The notes under the pieces: generated by a model
The model's database searches: none
Seen by the model: only the letters and a program-made list of their open reading frames with translations
What the model was told of the DNA's origin: nothing
Shown here: positions 15,001-27,025 of the stretch, piece by piece
How positions within the stretch are numbered: position 1 is the first letter of the stretch
Layout of the letters: each line of letters opens with the position of its first letter
Origin: Pecten maximus
Taxonomy: Eukaryota
Length of the DNA: 64,000 nucleotides
Assembly (NCBI RefSeq): GCF_902652985.1
Contig: NC_047015.1
Span: forward strand, 5,828,001 to 5,892,000
Direction: 5' to 3'
Made by a program: the position numbers and the translations under genes

Positions 15001-18000
15001 ATACAGTATTGTCAAAAGAATAAGACAACAGGCTAGGCCTATATAAGTCTTCTTCTGAAGATATTCCGGTTGGACCTGGCAGAAAGATGTTATGTTCCAT
15101 ATTTAGATACTAAAATTAATGATATATTGCTAGAAAAAGCACTATTGGTTACTGAATAGACGGTAGTATAGTATTATTAGTTATATCAAAACAGAAATAA
15201 TTACAATTAATGGAATAATTCTCCAAAATAGAATTGGTCAATAGTTAAGTGGAACCATAACATATCAATGCCAGACCCAAAAATGAAAACTAGTATGTAA
15301 TACAGATACATATTTGTACACACTAAGAACTCACTCACACATTCATTCACTTACAAAGAACAATAACACTAAACAAAAAGAACAAAATAGTAGTTACATA
15401 AAACACAATACAAATCTATGGACAGGTAGATGGTATAACCGGTCTCCTCCATGTATATATATTATCACAAGAAAATTTTAAGTATTAGAGTAAAGTAATT
15501 TGATGTGCATGTATGAAAAGTAGGGTTTCATTGAAGTAAATGAGAAAAGGGAGAACATCGCCGACATCATTATAGGCAGGGGAAGGGAGGTAATTTATAT
15601 ACATGTTTTTATAAGGAGTCTGAGAATTACTATAATTTCAACACAATGACTTTCACCTGCAAATGTTTTTTTTTATATTAACTTTACTATATGGTTATTG
15701 AATATAGCGATTACAGTATATAAAACGCTAATAAGAGTAAATTTCATAGCCAATCCTCCTAGGAGGAAAGTTGGTAACCAGTTCATATCTACCAGCCACG
15801 AGTTGCAGGCAACAATTGTCCATTGTGTCCACCGACACCACTTTGCCTTTAAAACATAGCAAACTATAGACATGGTCAAGTCACCAACAATCATCCCATC
15901 ATGATTACAGATTAGCTTAAATATAGAGGAATGCAGCAATGATTGCATGATGTCGATTTTATATTTGCAAAATATAGATATAGACAAGGGAAACATGAAG
16001 TAAAAAACATCTGAAAGCTTATTTGTTTTTTCTTAAATCATAACTAAATAACTGACTCGTTCACAGGTGGATCCCAGTTAGCTTAATGTCAGGTGATCGA
16101 GATCAGAGAAATACAAAATTGAATTATAAGAATAAGAAGCAATTCTGGATACAGTCATATCACTTCAGGGCAATCAATATTCATTTAATATATGACATAC
16201 AGTATTAGTAAAGCAAATCAAACTTACACCGTGATTCTGTCAGTGCACCATCCACATGTTTACTTCGAATTCATAACACGAGTAGTATACGCACTTAGAA
16301 CCGTCAATACCGGAAACAGGTTATACTAGTCAAAATAATTGTTTGTTAATGATCAGGTTAAAATACCCGATAACCAAATCAAGGTAGAGCGGTGTACGTA
16401 ATGTAAGTGGATAGCTTTTTATAACACAGCAAATACTAAGCTGCATTTCGCGCCTAAAAGATACTTGAGAACTTATACAATCGCTGATAATGAGAAGAAA
16501 CTTATTAGTATGGTCAAACTGACTACACTATGATGATATCAGTAAACATGTGAATGATATGTTGTTACTTTAGTAAGATGCAGTCAGATCACGAGAAATA
16601 TGTATTTAAAAGCTAATACCCGGTCAGTCACCGGACAACTACCCCAAGTATGTAGAAAGAATTGCACAATGACGTACATATATTAATATACACGTCCTTG
16701 ATCTAAACAATCTCGGACAGTTATTCAAGATCTCAGACATTATAAGGTCTACACAAGAAAGCAAGTTGAAGAAACTGATATATATATATATATATATAAT
16801 ATAATCAGATATAATCAATGAAAAAAAACTTATTGAAGATAAGAAAATGGACTATATCTATCTGATAAAGTCTCATGATGTTATTATGATACAAGTGTGT
16901 AAGCCTATACATGTATCATATATTACTACATGTAACTCATATACATGTATACTGACAATGCACTACCTATAGACATACAAGTTTACTTAAAGATGATATA
17001 TCATTTCTTAGGATTATTATCAATGTTCATAAGTATAGGGTTATAGGTCCACGTCAGCAACACTGTCAGTCTGATCACATATCTAGTCTCTTGTCACAAG
17101 CTTCAAGAATGGGGCCTCCTTGCTGTAAATTAGGCGCGTTTTTTTCTTTTTCTCTTGGGACATTAATGCTCTTTGCTTCAGTAGCTCTCCTCTACGTTTA
17201 GATAACTCTGGTGGCAGATCCGTTACTACTACCAATCCGCAACCAGCTTTGAGAATTTTCAGGGCCTGACTGAGAACCGTGTCCCTGTCAATAAGGGACA
17301 TAAATCGAACTATAACATTCCTTGTACCCTCCTCACCTGATGGAAGTCTATGAATGGCTTGTATTAAAATTGACTTTACATAACCACGTTCAAGCTTTAG
17401 CTCATCAATGAGGAAGTCACGGAGTTTTTTTATCTGTGTCTTTGGGCAGTTCTCTAATATTTCCAGATAACCCCCTCACCACGAGGTTCCACTTCCTCCC
17501 CCAAAGTTCCAAAGCCAACCGTTCGTTCCTTTCATCATTGATTTTGTCTCTTATGGATGGAAGATGTTTGCTGTGAATATCATTAATTTCGGAGTTTACC
17601 CATGTAGCAGCTGAGTCGAGGACATCCACTTTTTCCTTCAGTTCACTCAGGCCCTTACGGACATTTGTCAATTCTTGAGAGAAGGAGCAGTGGAGATTTT
17701 TAAAACACTCAGAAATATCAGAGAAGTTTTCGCACTTATAGTCTGGCATAGGGGGTTGACTTGTCTCCATACTGGACATAATAGTACGTACTTGTCGTAT
17801 TCAGAAAAGCGCACGAGCTAATGACACGTGTACGTTCTATACAGGTGCACGTACGGGTGAAAGTTATATATAGCACACTCTTTACAGGTATTGAAGGTGT
17901 CCAAATATCTATTTGAATATTTTTTTTTATCAAACCAGGCAGATCTTCACATAAGACAGTTCTTTAGTAACACGCTACATCAAAAATTATGCTAAAATAC

Positions 18001-21000
18001 TTGCATATAACTGTAGTAGAGTTGAAATAATAACGGAGGTGATCCTCACCACGACTGTTCAGCTGGTCGTCATACCGGAAGCTGACCCACCATCTATTAA
18101 TATGTGACATTTGACCTACCGTTTATCTATATGTCACACTTGACCTACCATTTATTAATATGCTATACATGTTACAAATGACTTATCATATATTGATATG
18201 TCACCCTTGACCAACCATCTAATGATATATCACACATGACCTACCATTTATTAATATGTTACACTTTACCTACCATTTATTAATATGTTATACTTGACCT
18301 ACCATCTATTAATACATGTATGTCACCCTTGACCTACCATTTATTAATATGTTACACTTGACCTACCATTTATTAATATGTAATACTTAACACCATTTAT
18401 TAATATGTTATACTTGACCTACCTCTATTAATATGTTACCCTTGACCTACCATTTATTTATATGTCACCCTTGACCCACCATATATTAAACTGTCACCCT
18501 TAACTTACAATCTATTAAATTGTCACCCTTGACCTATCATTTATTAATATGTTACACTTGACCTACCATTAATTAATATGTCGCCCCTGACCAACCATTT
18601 GTCAATATGTCGCCCTTGACCTACCATTTATTAATATGTCACCCTTGACCTACCATTTATTAATATGTCACCCTTGACCCACCATCTATTAATATGGCAC
18701 CCTTGACCTACCGTTTATTAATATGTCACCCTTGACCAACCATTAATTAATATGTCACCCTTGACTTACCATTTATTAATATGTTACCCTTGACCTACCG
18801 TTTATTGATATGTCACCCTTGACCTACCGTTTATTAATATGCTATACATGTTACACATGACTTATCATATATTGATATGTCACCCTTGACCTACCATTTA
18901 ATAATATGTCACACTTGACCCACCATCTATTAATATGTCACCCTTGACCTACCGTTTATTAATATGTCATCCTTGACCTACCGTTTATTAATATGTCACC
19001 CTTGACTTACCATTTATTAATATGTCACCCTTGATCAACCATTTATAATTATGTCACCCTTGAACTACCTTTTATTAACATGTCGAACTTGACCTACTAT
19101 TTGTTAAAATGTCACCCTTTACCTACTATTTATCAATATGTTACACTTGACCTATTATTTATAAGCATGTCATCCTTGACCTACCATTTATAAATATGTT
19201 GCATTTGGCCTGATTTTTAGCAGAACGTCACGTTTTGTCTTCTTTGTATTGTTGCAGCTCCAAGAAGATTGGACTTTTTGTCAATGCTTTGGCCTTATTG
19301 GGGATCACAATAGCTACCGGAGTTATATCAGGACACTACGAGCTATATCCGTCCATGTATACTGGTGACTTCACACAAATGATGTCAGTAGTAGTACATA
19401 TATACACACTATACTGCTGTAACTGGTCAATTAGTTATTTAAACACTCAGTCAGTAGTTCGCCAGTGCTTAGGTTCGTCATTTTACTCCTTGATATTCAA
19501 ATAGTTCCTTAAAAACTGGCAGTTCCTGCAAATCTCTAGCTTTAAATTTTCATAATTTTTGTGCAGGAGTAAGCTTTGTACATTTTTCAACGTACATGTC
19601 TTCAAACAAGTTTTATAGTACCAATATCCCCTTTAGTTTAGGTGACAGTTTTATAGTGACAATATCCACGTCAGTTTATGTGACAGTTTTATAGTGACAA
19701 TATCCACGTCAGTTTATTTGACAGTTTTATGGTGACAATATCGCTTTCAGTTTATGTGACAGTTGTATAGTGACAATATCCCCGTCAGTTAATGTGACAG
19801 TTTTATAGTGACAATATCCACGTCAGTTTATTTGACAGTTTGATAGTGACAATATTCCCGTAAGTTTATGTGACAGTTTGATAGTGACAATATCCCCGTC
19901 AGTTAATGTGACAGTTTTAAAGTGACAATATTCCCGTAAGTTTAAGTGACAGTTTTGTAGTGACAATATCCCCGTCAGTTTATGTGTCAGTTTTGTAGTG
20001 ACAATATCCCCGTTAGATTATGTGACAGTTTTATTGTGACAATATCCCCGTCAGTTTATGTGACAATTTTATAGTGACAATATCCCCGTCAGTTTATGTG
20101 ACAATTTTATAGTGACAATATCCCCGTCAGTTGATGTGACAGTTTTATAGTGACAATATCCCCGTCAGTTTATGTGATAGTTTTATAGTGACAATATCCC
20201 CGTCAGTTTATGTGACAGTTTTATAGTGACAATATCCCCGTCAGTTAATGTGACAGTTTTAAAGTGACAAGATCCACGTCAGTTAATGTGACAGTTTTAA
20301 AGTGACAAGATCCACGTCAGTTTATTTGACAGTTTTATAGTGACAATATCCCCGTCAGTAAATGTCACAGTTTTATAGTGACAATATCCCCGTCAGTTTA
20401 TGTCACAGTTTTATAGTGACAATATCCCCGTCAGTTTAGGTGACAGTTTTATAGTGACAATATCCCCGTCAGTTAATGTGACAGTTTTATAGTGACAATA
20501 TCCCCGTCAGTTTATGTGACAGTTTTATAGTGACAATATCCCCGTCAGTTATGTGACAGTTTTATAGTGACAATATCCCCGTCAGTTTATGTGACAGTTT
20601 TATAGTGACAATATCCCCGTCAGTTTATGTGACAGTTTTATAGTGACAATATCCCCGTCAGTTATGTGACAGTTTTATAGTGACAATATCCCCGTCAGTT
20701 ATGTGACAGTTTTATAGTGACAATATCCCCGTCAGTTTATGTGACAGTTTTATAGTGACAATATCCCCGTCAGTTATGTGACAGTTTTATAGTGACAATA
20801 TCCCCGTCAGTTTATGTGACAGTTTTATAGTGACAATATCCCCGTCAGTGTATGTGACAGTTTTATAGTGACAATATCCCCGTCAGTTTATGTGACAGTT
20901 TTATAGTGACAATATCCCCGTCAGTTTATGTGACAGTTTTATAGTGACAATATCCCCGTCAGTTTATGTGACAGTTTTATAGTGACAATATCCCCGTCAG

Positions 21001-24000
21001 TTTATGTGACAGTTTTATAGTGACAATATCCCCGTCAGTTAATGTGACAGTTTTATAGTGACAATATCCCCGTCAGTTTATGTGACAGTTTTATAGTGAC
21101 AATATCCCCGTCAGTTTATGTGACAGTTTTATAGTGACAATATCCCCGTCAGTTAATGTGACAGTTTTATAGTGACAATATCCCCGTCAGTTTATGTGAC
21201 AGTTTTATAGTGACAATATCCCCGTCAGTTTATGTGACAGTTTTATAGTGACAATATCCCCGTCAGTTTAATGTGACAGTTTTATAGTGACAATATCCCC
21301 GTCAGTTTAAGTGACAGTTTTGTAGTGACAATATCCCCGTCAGTTTATGTGACAGTTTTGTAGTGACAATATCCCCGTCAGTTATGTGACAGTTTTATAG
21401 TGACAATATCCCCGTCAGTTTATGTGACAGTTTTATAGTGACAATATCCCCGTCAGTTTATGTGACAGTTTTATAGTGACAATATCCCCGTCAGTTTATG
21501 TGACAGTTTTATAGTGACAATATCCCCGTCAGTTGATGTGACAGTTTTATAGTGACAATATCCCCGTCAGTTTATGTGACAGTTTTATAGTGACAATATC
21601 CCCGTCAGTTTATGTGACAGTTTTATAGTGACAATATCCCCGTCAGTTTATGTGACAGTTTTATAGTGACAATATCCCCGTCAGTTTATGTGACAGTTTT
21701 ATAGTGACAATATCCCCGTCAGTTAATGTGACAGTTTTATAGTGACAATATCCCCGTCAGTTTATGTGACAGTTTTATAGTGACAATATCCCCGTCAGTT
21801 TATGTGACAGTTTTATAGTGACAATATCCCCGTCAGTTTATGTGACAGTTTTATAGTGACAATATCCCCGTCAGTTTATGTGACAGTTTTATAGTGACAA
21901 TATCCCCGTCAGTTTATGTGACAGTTTTATAGTGACAATATCCCCGTCAGTTTATGTGACAGTTTTATAGTGACAATATCCCCGTCAGTTTATGTGACAG
22001 TTTTATAGTGACAATATCCCCGTCAGTTTATGTGACAGTTTTATAGTGACAATATCCCCGTCAGTTATGTGACAGTTTTATAGTGACAATATCCCCGTCA
22101 GTTTATGTGACAGTTTTATAGTGACAATATCCCCGTCAGATTATGTGACAGTTTTATAGTGACAATATCCCCGTCAGATTATGTGACAGTTTTATAGTGA
22201 CAATATCCCCGTCAGTTTATGTGACAGTTTTGTAGTGACAATATCCCCGTCAGTTATGTGACAGTTTTATAGTGACAATATCCCCGTCAGTTTATGTGAC
22301 AGTTTTATAGTGACAATATCCCCGTCAGTTTATGTGACAGTTTTATAGTGACAATATCCCCGTCAGTTTATGTGACAGTTTTATAGTGACAATATCCCCG
22401 TCAGTTTAATGTGACAGTTTTATAGTGACAATATCCCCGTCAGTTTATGTGACAGTTTTATAGTGACAATATCCCCGTCAGTTAATGTGACAGTTTTATA
22501 GTGACAATATCCCCGTCAGTTTATGTGACAGTTTTATAGTGACAATATCCCCGTCAGTTAATGTGACAGTTTTATAGTGACAATATCCCCGTCAGTTGAT
22601 GTGACAGTTTTATAGTGACAATATCCCCGTCAGTTTATTTGACAGTTTTATAGTGACAATATCCCCGTCAGTTAATGTGACAGTTTTATAGTGACAATAT
22701 CCCCGTCAGTTTATGTGACAGTTTTATAGTGACAATATCCCCGTCAGTTAATGTGACAGTTTTATAGTGACAATATCCCCGTCAGTTTATGTGACAGTTT
22801 TATAGTGACAATATCCCCGTCAGTTTATGTGACAGTTTTATAGTGACAATATCCCCGTCAGTTTATGTGACAGTTTTATAGTGACAATATCCCCGTCAGT
22901 TTATGTGACAGTTTTATAGTGACAATATCCCCGTCAGTTTATGTGACAGTTTTATAGTGACAATATCCCCGTCAGTTTATGTGACAGTTTTATAGTGACA
23001 ATATCCCCGTCAGTTTATGTGACAGTTTTATAGTGACAATATCCCCGTCAGTTTATGTGACAGTTTTATAGTGACAATATCCCGTCAGTTTATGTGACAG
23101 TTTTATAGTGACAATATCCCCGTCAGTTTATGTGACAGTTTTATAGTGACAATATCCCCGTCAGTTTATGTGACAGTTTTATAGTGACAATATCCCCGTC
23201 AGTTTATGTGACAGTTTTATAGTGACAATATCCCCGTCAGTTAATGTGACAGTTTTATAGTGACAATATCCCCGTCAGTTTATTGACAGTTTTATAGTGA
23301 CAATATCCCCGTCAGTTTAATGTGACAGTTTTATAGTGACAATATCCCCGTCAGTTTATGTGACAGTTTTATAGTGACAATATCCCCGTCAGTTTATGTG
23401 ACAGTTTTATAGTGACAATATCCCCGTCAGTTTATGTGACAGTTTTATAGTGACAATATCCCCGTCAGTTTATGTGACAGTTTTATAGTGACACTATCCC
23501 CGTCAGTTTATGTGACAGTTTTATAGTGACAATATCCCCGTCAGTTATGTGACAGTTTTATAGTGACAATATCCCCGTCAGTTTATGTGACAGTTTTATA
23601 GTGACAATATCCCCGTCAGTTTATGTGACAGATTGATAGTGACAATATCCCTGTCAGTTTAGGTGACAATCTCCATCTTCAAAACGTATGGGTTTTGTGA
23701 TTACACTGTATTGTTATTTAACAGTAAATGTTGTATAATTTCAGGATAAATTTGGATCACTACTTTTACGACTACTATATTGTTCCTTGGTGTCGCATGG
23801 GACCTTATATCGTTGGCATAGTAACCGGGTACATCATCTACCGCACTGATGGCAAATTCAAAATACCAAAGGTTAGTTTATGGATTATAATACGTTGTAA
23901 TCTGGTCTGAGTTTTCTGGTGTAGTTTTGTTGAAATAGACTTGAGCACAGTCTAGCTTAGAGATGGTACTGTGCCAGGTAATCCAGTTTAGGAATATCAA

Positions 24001-27000
24001 GTTGTTTATAAGAACTTTCTGTGCGTTTTTGGCAAATATAAGAGACGAGTATGTATCTCTCAACACGTAATACCTTCATTCATATCCATATTCAGTTCTG
24101 AAACGCAAATTGGTCAATCTGATCCGGTAACACAGACTTGATTTGATGTCCATTTCGAATTTCAAGCCGCTAAGAACATTGGACATATCTAATCCACACT
24201 AGAAATAAACCAAATGCAGGTCAAGAGTCCTCTTAGTTTGTCTATCCCTTACATTATATCATAACAGGGCATGAATGTGTTGATTTGGATCGCCATAGCC
24301 GTGGCCGCGTGTCTGGTGGTGTACGGAATTAACGGTCCCGTCAATGGACATAGCTGGAGTAACGGTGTAAACGCCCTCTACAACGCCGTGCATCGCTCCG
24401 TGTGGGGAATGTGTGTTTGCTGGGTTATCTTTGCCTGTGTCACGGGAAATGGAGGTAACACATTTACTGCTTTTCTAAACTATCGACTAGCTCTTATAGA
24501 TGTACAGTTGTACTTTTCAAAACGAGTATAGAAATTTAAATATCTAACTTGGATGTTTCTTTTTAGAAGTTTTTTTTAAAAGTTAAGATAATAAAGATGT
24601 AAGAACATCACTGCTGCTTAGATCATCAGAATCTGAGCAGTAACCAAACAAACATGTTCTTGTTCTGCCGAATCATTATTTCTTGTATCGTTAACGACTT
24701 TCTGTCGTGGAAGCTGTTCGTCCCCCTCGGTAGACTGAACTATTGTATATTACAACCTAATGTTTTACAAGGTATCGTTAACGACTTTCTATCGTGGAAG
24801 CTGTTCGTCCCCCTCGGTAGACTGAACTATTGTATATTACAACCTCATGTTTTCCTAGGTATCGTTAACGACTTTCTGTCGTGGAAGCTGTTCGTCCCCC
24901 TCGGTAGACTGAACTATTATATATTACAACCTCATGTTTTCCTAGGTATCGTTAACGACTTTCTGTCGTGGAAGCTGTTCGTCCCCCTCGGTAGACTGAA
25001 CTATTGTATATTACAACCTCATGTTTTCCTAGGTATCGTTAACGACTTTCTGTCGTGGAAGCTGTTCGTCCCCCTCGGTAGACTTAGCTATTGTATCTAT
25101 CTGACACACATACTCGTTCTACAGCATTACCTGCAAAGCTTGCGCCAACCAATTTATGGCACGACTTTGGAATTCGTAAGTATCATTCATTTAAACCGAA
25201 AACGACAAAATTATCCTAAAAGATATATATAACAATCGGTTCAACCAGTTTAAAAATATATTTGTTTATGTATACTGTAAAAACTGTCATACACATATAT
25301 ATCAACACAGATCTCTGATACTCAGTGTAAATACTCAGTGTAAATACTCAGTGTAGATACTCATTGTAAATACTCAGTGTAGATATCAACACAGACCTCT
25401 GATACTCAGTGTAAATACTCAGTGTAAATACTCAGTGTAGATACTCAGTGTAAATACTCAGTGTAAATACTCAGTGTAGATAATAACACAGACCTCTGAT
25501 ACTCAGTGTAAATACTTAGTGTAAATACTCAGTGTAGATATCAACACAGACCTCTGATACTCAGTGTAAATACTCAGTGTAGATATCAACACAGACCTCT
25601 GATACTCAGTGTAAATACTCAGTGTAGATACTCAGTGTAAATACTCAGTGTAAATACTCAGTGTAGATATCAACACAGACCTCTGATACTCAGTGTAAAT
25701 ACTCACTGTAGATACTCAGTGTAGATACTCAGTGTAAATACTCAGTGTAAATACTCAGTGTAGATACTCAGTGTAGATACTCAGTGTAAATACTCAGTGT
25801 AGATACTCAGTGTAAATACTCAGTGTAGATACTCAGTGTAAATACTCACTGTAGATACTCAGTGTAAATACTCAATGTAAATACTCAGTGTAAATACTCA
25901 GTGTAAACACTCAGTGTAGATATCAACACAGACCTCTGATACTTAGTGTAAATACTCAGTGTAAACACTCAGTGTAGATGTTAACAGAGACCTCTGATAC
26001 TCAGTGTAAATACACAGTGTAGATAATAACACAGATATCTGATACTTAGTGTAAATACTCAGTGTAGATGTTAACAGAGACCTCTGATACTCAGTGTAAA
26101 TATTCAGTGTAGATACTCAGTGTAAATACTTAGTGTAAATACTCAGTGTAGATATTAACACAGACCTCTGATACTTAGTGTAAATATTCAGTGTAGATAC
26201 TCAGTGTAAATACTTAGTGTAAATACTCAGTGTAGATAATAACACAAACATCTGATACTCAGTGTAAATACTCACTGTAGATACTCAGTGTAAATATCAA
26301 CACAGACATCTGATACTCAGTGTAGATACTCAGTGTAAATACTCAGTGTAAATACTCAGTGTAAATACTCAGTGTAGATACTCAGTGTAAATACTCAGTG
26401 TAAATACTTAGTGTAAATACTCAGTGTAAATACTCCGTGTAAATACTCAGTGTAAATACTCCGTGTAAATACTTAGTGTAAATACTTAGTGTAAATACTC
26501 AATGTAAATACTCAGTGTATATACTCAGTGTAGATATCAACACAGATCTCTTATACTTAATGTAAGTACTCAGTGTAAATACTCAGTGTAAATACTCAGT
26601 GTAGATACTCAGTGTAGATACTGAGTGTAAATACTCAGTGTAAATACTCCGTGTAAATACTCAGTGATAATACTCCGTGTAAATACTCAGTGTAAATATC
26701 AACACAGACATCTGATACTCAGTGTAAATACTCAATGTAGATATTTATTATTGTATGTACATACATCGTAATTACCCAGTGGCGTTTAACTTAGATGTGA
26801 CTTGGAAACTAATCACTTTTTTTGCATGTAAGTCTGATCACTATAATATGTATTGAATATTATTACAGAAATATCATTTCAGCATTACAAATGTTCGTTT
26901 TTCAGACTTTCATTTTCCTTGGAACATTATTACTATCGCTCCTGGTGTCCATTGTCGCCTCCTTGGCTTTCGAGGCTCCAATGATGGCCTTGGAGAAAGT

Positions 27001-27025
27001 CATCTTCCGACGAGGCAAAAAATAA
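5909..27025 (+). CDS. nrf-6-like: NRF-6 / O-acyltransferase-like protein, copy A (multi-exon; 5' exons lie upstream of the window)
   Basis: Phase-compatible GT-AG exons encode Acyl_transf_3/NRF-6 motifs INGIRFLSISWVVLGH, SVDSFFTLSGLLVSY, FYFHRIWRLTPAY, WWTNILYINN, WYLANDMQFY, YYIVPWCRMGPY, FLSWKLFVPLGRLSYCIYLTH, FEAPMMALEK. Confidence 0.93.
6383..9300. repeat. 23-bp minisatellite (GGACTGGGATACATTATCACTAA)n
   Basis: Long tandem array; same family at 59630-60310 in the paralogous intron. Confidence 0.97.
9381..9548 (+). CDS. Copy A exon (GIMARLAMTFSVYTN...INGIRFLSISWVVLGH...NNL)
   Basis: ttccag acceptor, C|gtaagt donor, start of the Acyl_transf_3 domain. Confidence 0.92.
9589..9730. repeat. 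~52-bp tandem repeat, about 3 copies (core GGAGAGTTCTCTGTGACCTCCTCGAGG)
   Basis: Three visible copies. Confidence 0.85.
9850..11180. repeat. 26-bp minisatellite (GTGACAAACAAATCACACTCTAGGAG / ...CTACAGG/A)n
   Basis: Tandem units with two alternating variants. Confidence 0.95.
11278..11371 (+). CDS. Copy A exon (QNPTFIQNFLSNWTSMPMVNGLLSVDSFFTLS)
   Basis: tctgcag acceptor, AG|gtacgt donor, VDSFF motif; not in the ORF track. Confidence 0.92.
11618..11710 (+). CDS. Copy A exon (GLLVSYLFMKEMKREKGRINWFMFYFHRIWR)
   Basis: taacag acceptor, AG|gtaggt donor, conserved HR.WR motif. Confidence 0.92.
12034..12196 (+). CDS. Copy A exon, pre-gap version (LTPAYMLVL...GDGPFW...WWTNILYINNVYRRREM)
   Basis: ttacag acceptor, ATG|gtaagt donor. 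Confidence 0.9.
12305..12384 (+). CDS. Copy A exon, pre-gap version (CFGWSWYLANDMQFYVVSPLLLVPLY)
   Basis: tttcag acceptor, TT|gtaagt donor, WYLANDMQF motif. Confidence 0.9.
12565..13975. repeat. 29-bp minisatellite (TTGACCTACCATTTATTAATATGTCACCC)n, pre-gap copy
   Basis: Tandem degenerate units. Confidence 0.93.
13976..14075. other. Assembly gap (100 N)
   Basis: Run of N. Confidence 1.
14288..14450 (+). CDS. Duplicate exon, post-gap version (LTPAY...WWTNLLYINN...EM)
   Basis: Same length (163 bp) and splice sites as 12034-12196. Confidence 0.88.
14547..14626 (+). CDS. Duplicate exon, post-gap version (CFTLAWYLANDMQFYVVSPLLLVPLY)
   Basis: Same length (80 bp) and splice sites as 12305-12384. 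Confidence 0.88.
14963..18082 (-). mobile_element. Non-autonomous non-LTR retroelement encoding only an ORF1-like protein
   Basis: Interrupts the 29-bp array and is absent from the pre-gap duplicate; TGACCCACCAT at both ends (14952-14962, 18083-18093); minus-strand AATAAA and (GAAAT)n tail; ORF1 at 17083-17779; no RT motifs seen. Confidence 0.75.
17083..17779 (-). CDS. LINE ORF1p-like protein (coiled coil plus RRM-type nucleic-acid chaperone), one frameshift in an A7 run
   Basis: Joining ORFs 17417-17779 and 17083-17301 at 17425-17431 gives ...WNLVVRGLSG...LRDFLIDELKL...IQAIHRLPSG...RNVIVRFMSLIDRDTVL...VVTDLPPELSKRR, matching the NL.I.G / HR / IVRF / DL..RR pattern of LINE ORF1 proteins. Confidence 0.75.
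18083..19200. repeat. 29-bp minisatellite, post-gap copy (continues 14810-14962)
   Basis: Same unit and largely the same variant order as 12565-13975. Confidence 0.93.
19258..19383 (+). CDS. Copy A exon (SKKIGLFVNALALLGITIATGVISGHYELYPSMYTGDFTQM)
   Basis: ttgcag acceptor, AT|gtcagt donor in phase with the next exon. Confidence 0.85.
19610..23670. repeat. 38-bp minisatellite (GTGACAATATCCCCGTCAGTTTATGTGACAGTTTTATA)n
   Basis: Highly homogeneous ~4-kb array; same family at 63362-64000. Confidence 0.97.
23745..23871 (+). CDS. Copy A exon (INLDHYFYDYYIVPWCRMGPYIVGIVTGY...KIPK)
   Basis: tttcag acceptor, AAG|gttagt donor, Y..PW.R.GPY motif. Confidence 0.92.
24268..24454 (+). CDS. Copy A exon (GMNVLIWIAIAV...YNAVHRSVWGMCVCWVIFACVTGNG)
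   Basis: taacag acceptor, G|gtaaca donor. Confidence 0.92.
24685..25095 (+). repeat. 87-bp tandem repeat (4 full copies plus 1 partial) spanning an intron/exon boundary
   Basis: Units start at 24685, 24772, 24859, 24946 and 25033. Confidence 0.95.
25033..25175 (+). CDS. Copy A exon (GIVNDFLSWKLFVPLGRLSYCIYLTH...TTLEF), shortest form
   Basis: ttttcctag acceptor, TTC|gtaagt donor; alternative upstream acceptors possible. Confidence 0.85.
25300..26745. repeat. 13-bp minisatellite (TACTCAGTGTAAA)n with an interspersed TATCAACACAGACCTCTGA subunit
   Basis: Visible compound tandem array. Confidence 0.95.
26906..27025 (+). CDS. Copy A last coding exon (TFIFLGTLLLSLLVSIVASLAFEAPMMALEKVIFRRGKK*)
   Basis: tttcag acceptor, FEAP..LEK motif, TAA stop. 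Confidence 0.92.
   Translation, partial: TFIFLGTLLLSLLVSIVASLAFEAPMMALEKVIFRRGKK

Noticed and set aside
25300-26745. Repeat-spacer pattern resembling a CRISPR array
   Set aside because: The apparent spacers are themselves the same repeated subunits, the context is a eukaryotic intron, and there are no cas genes
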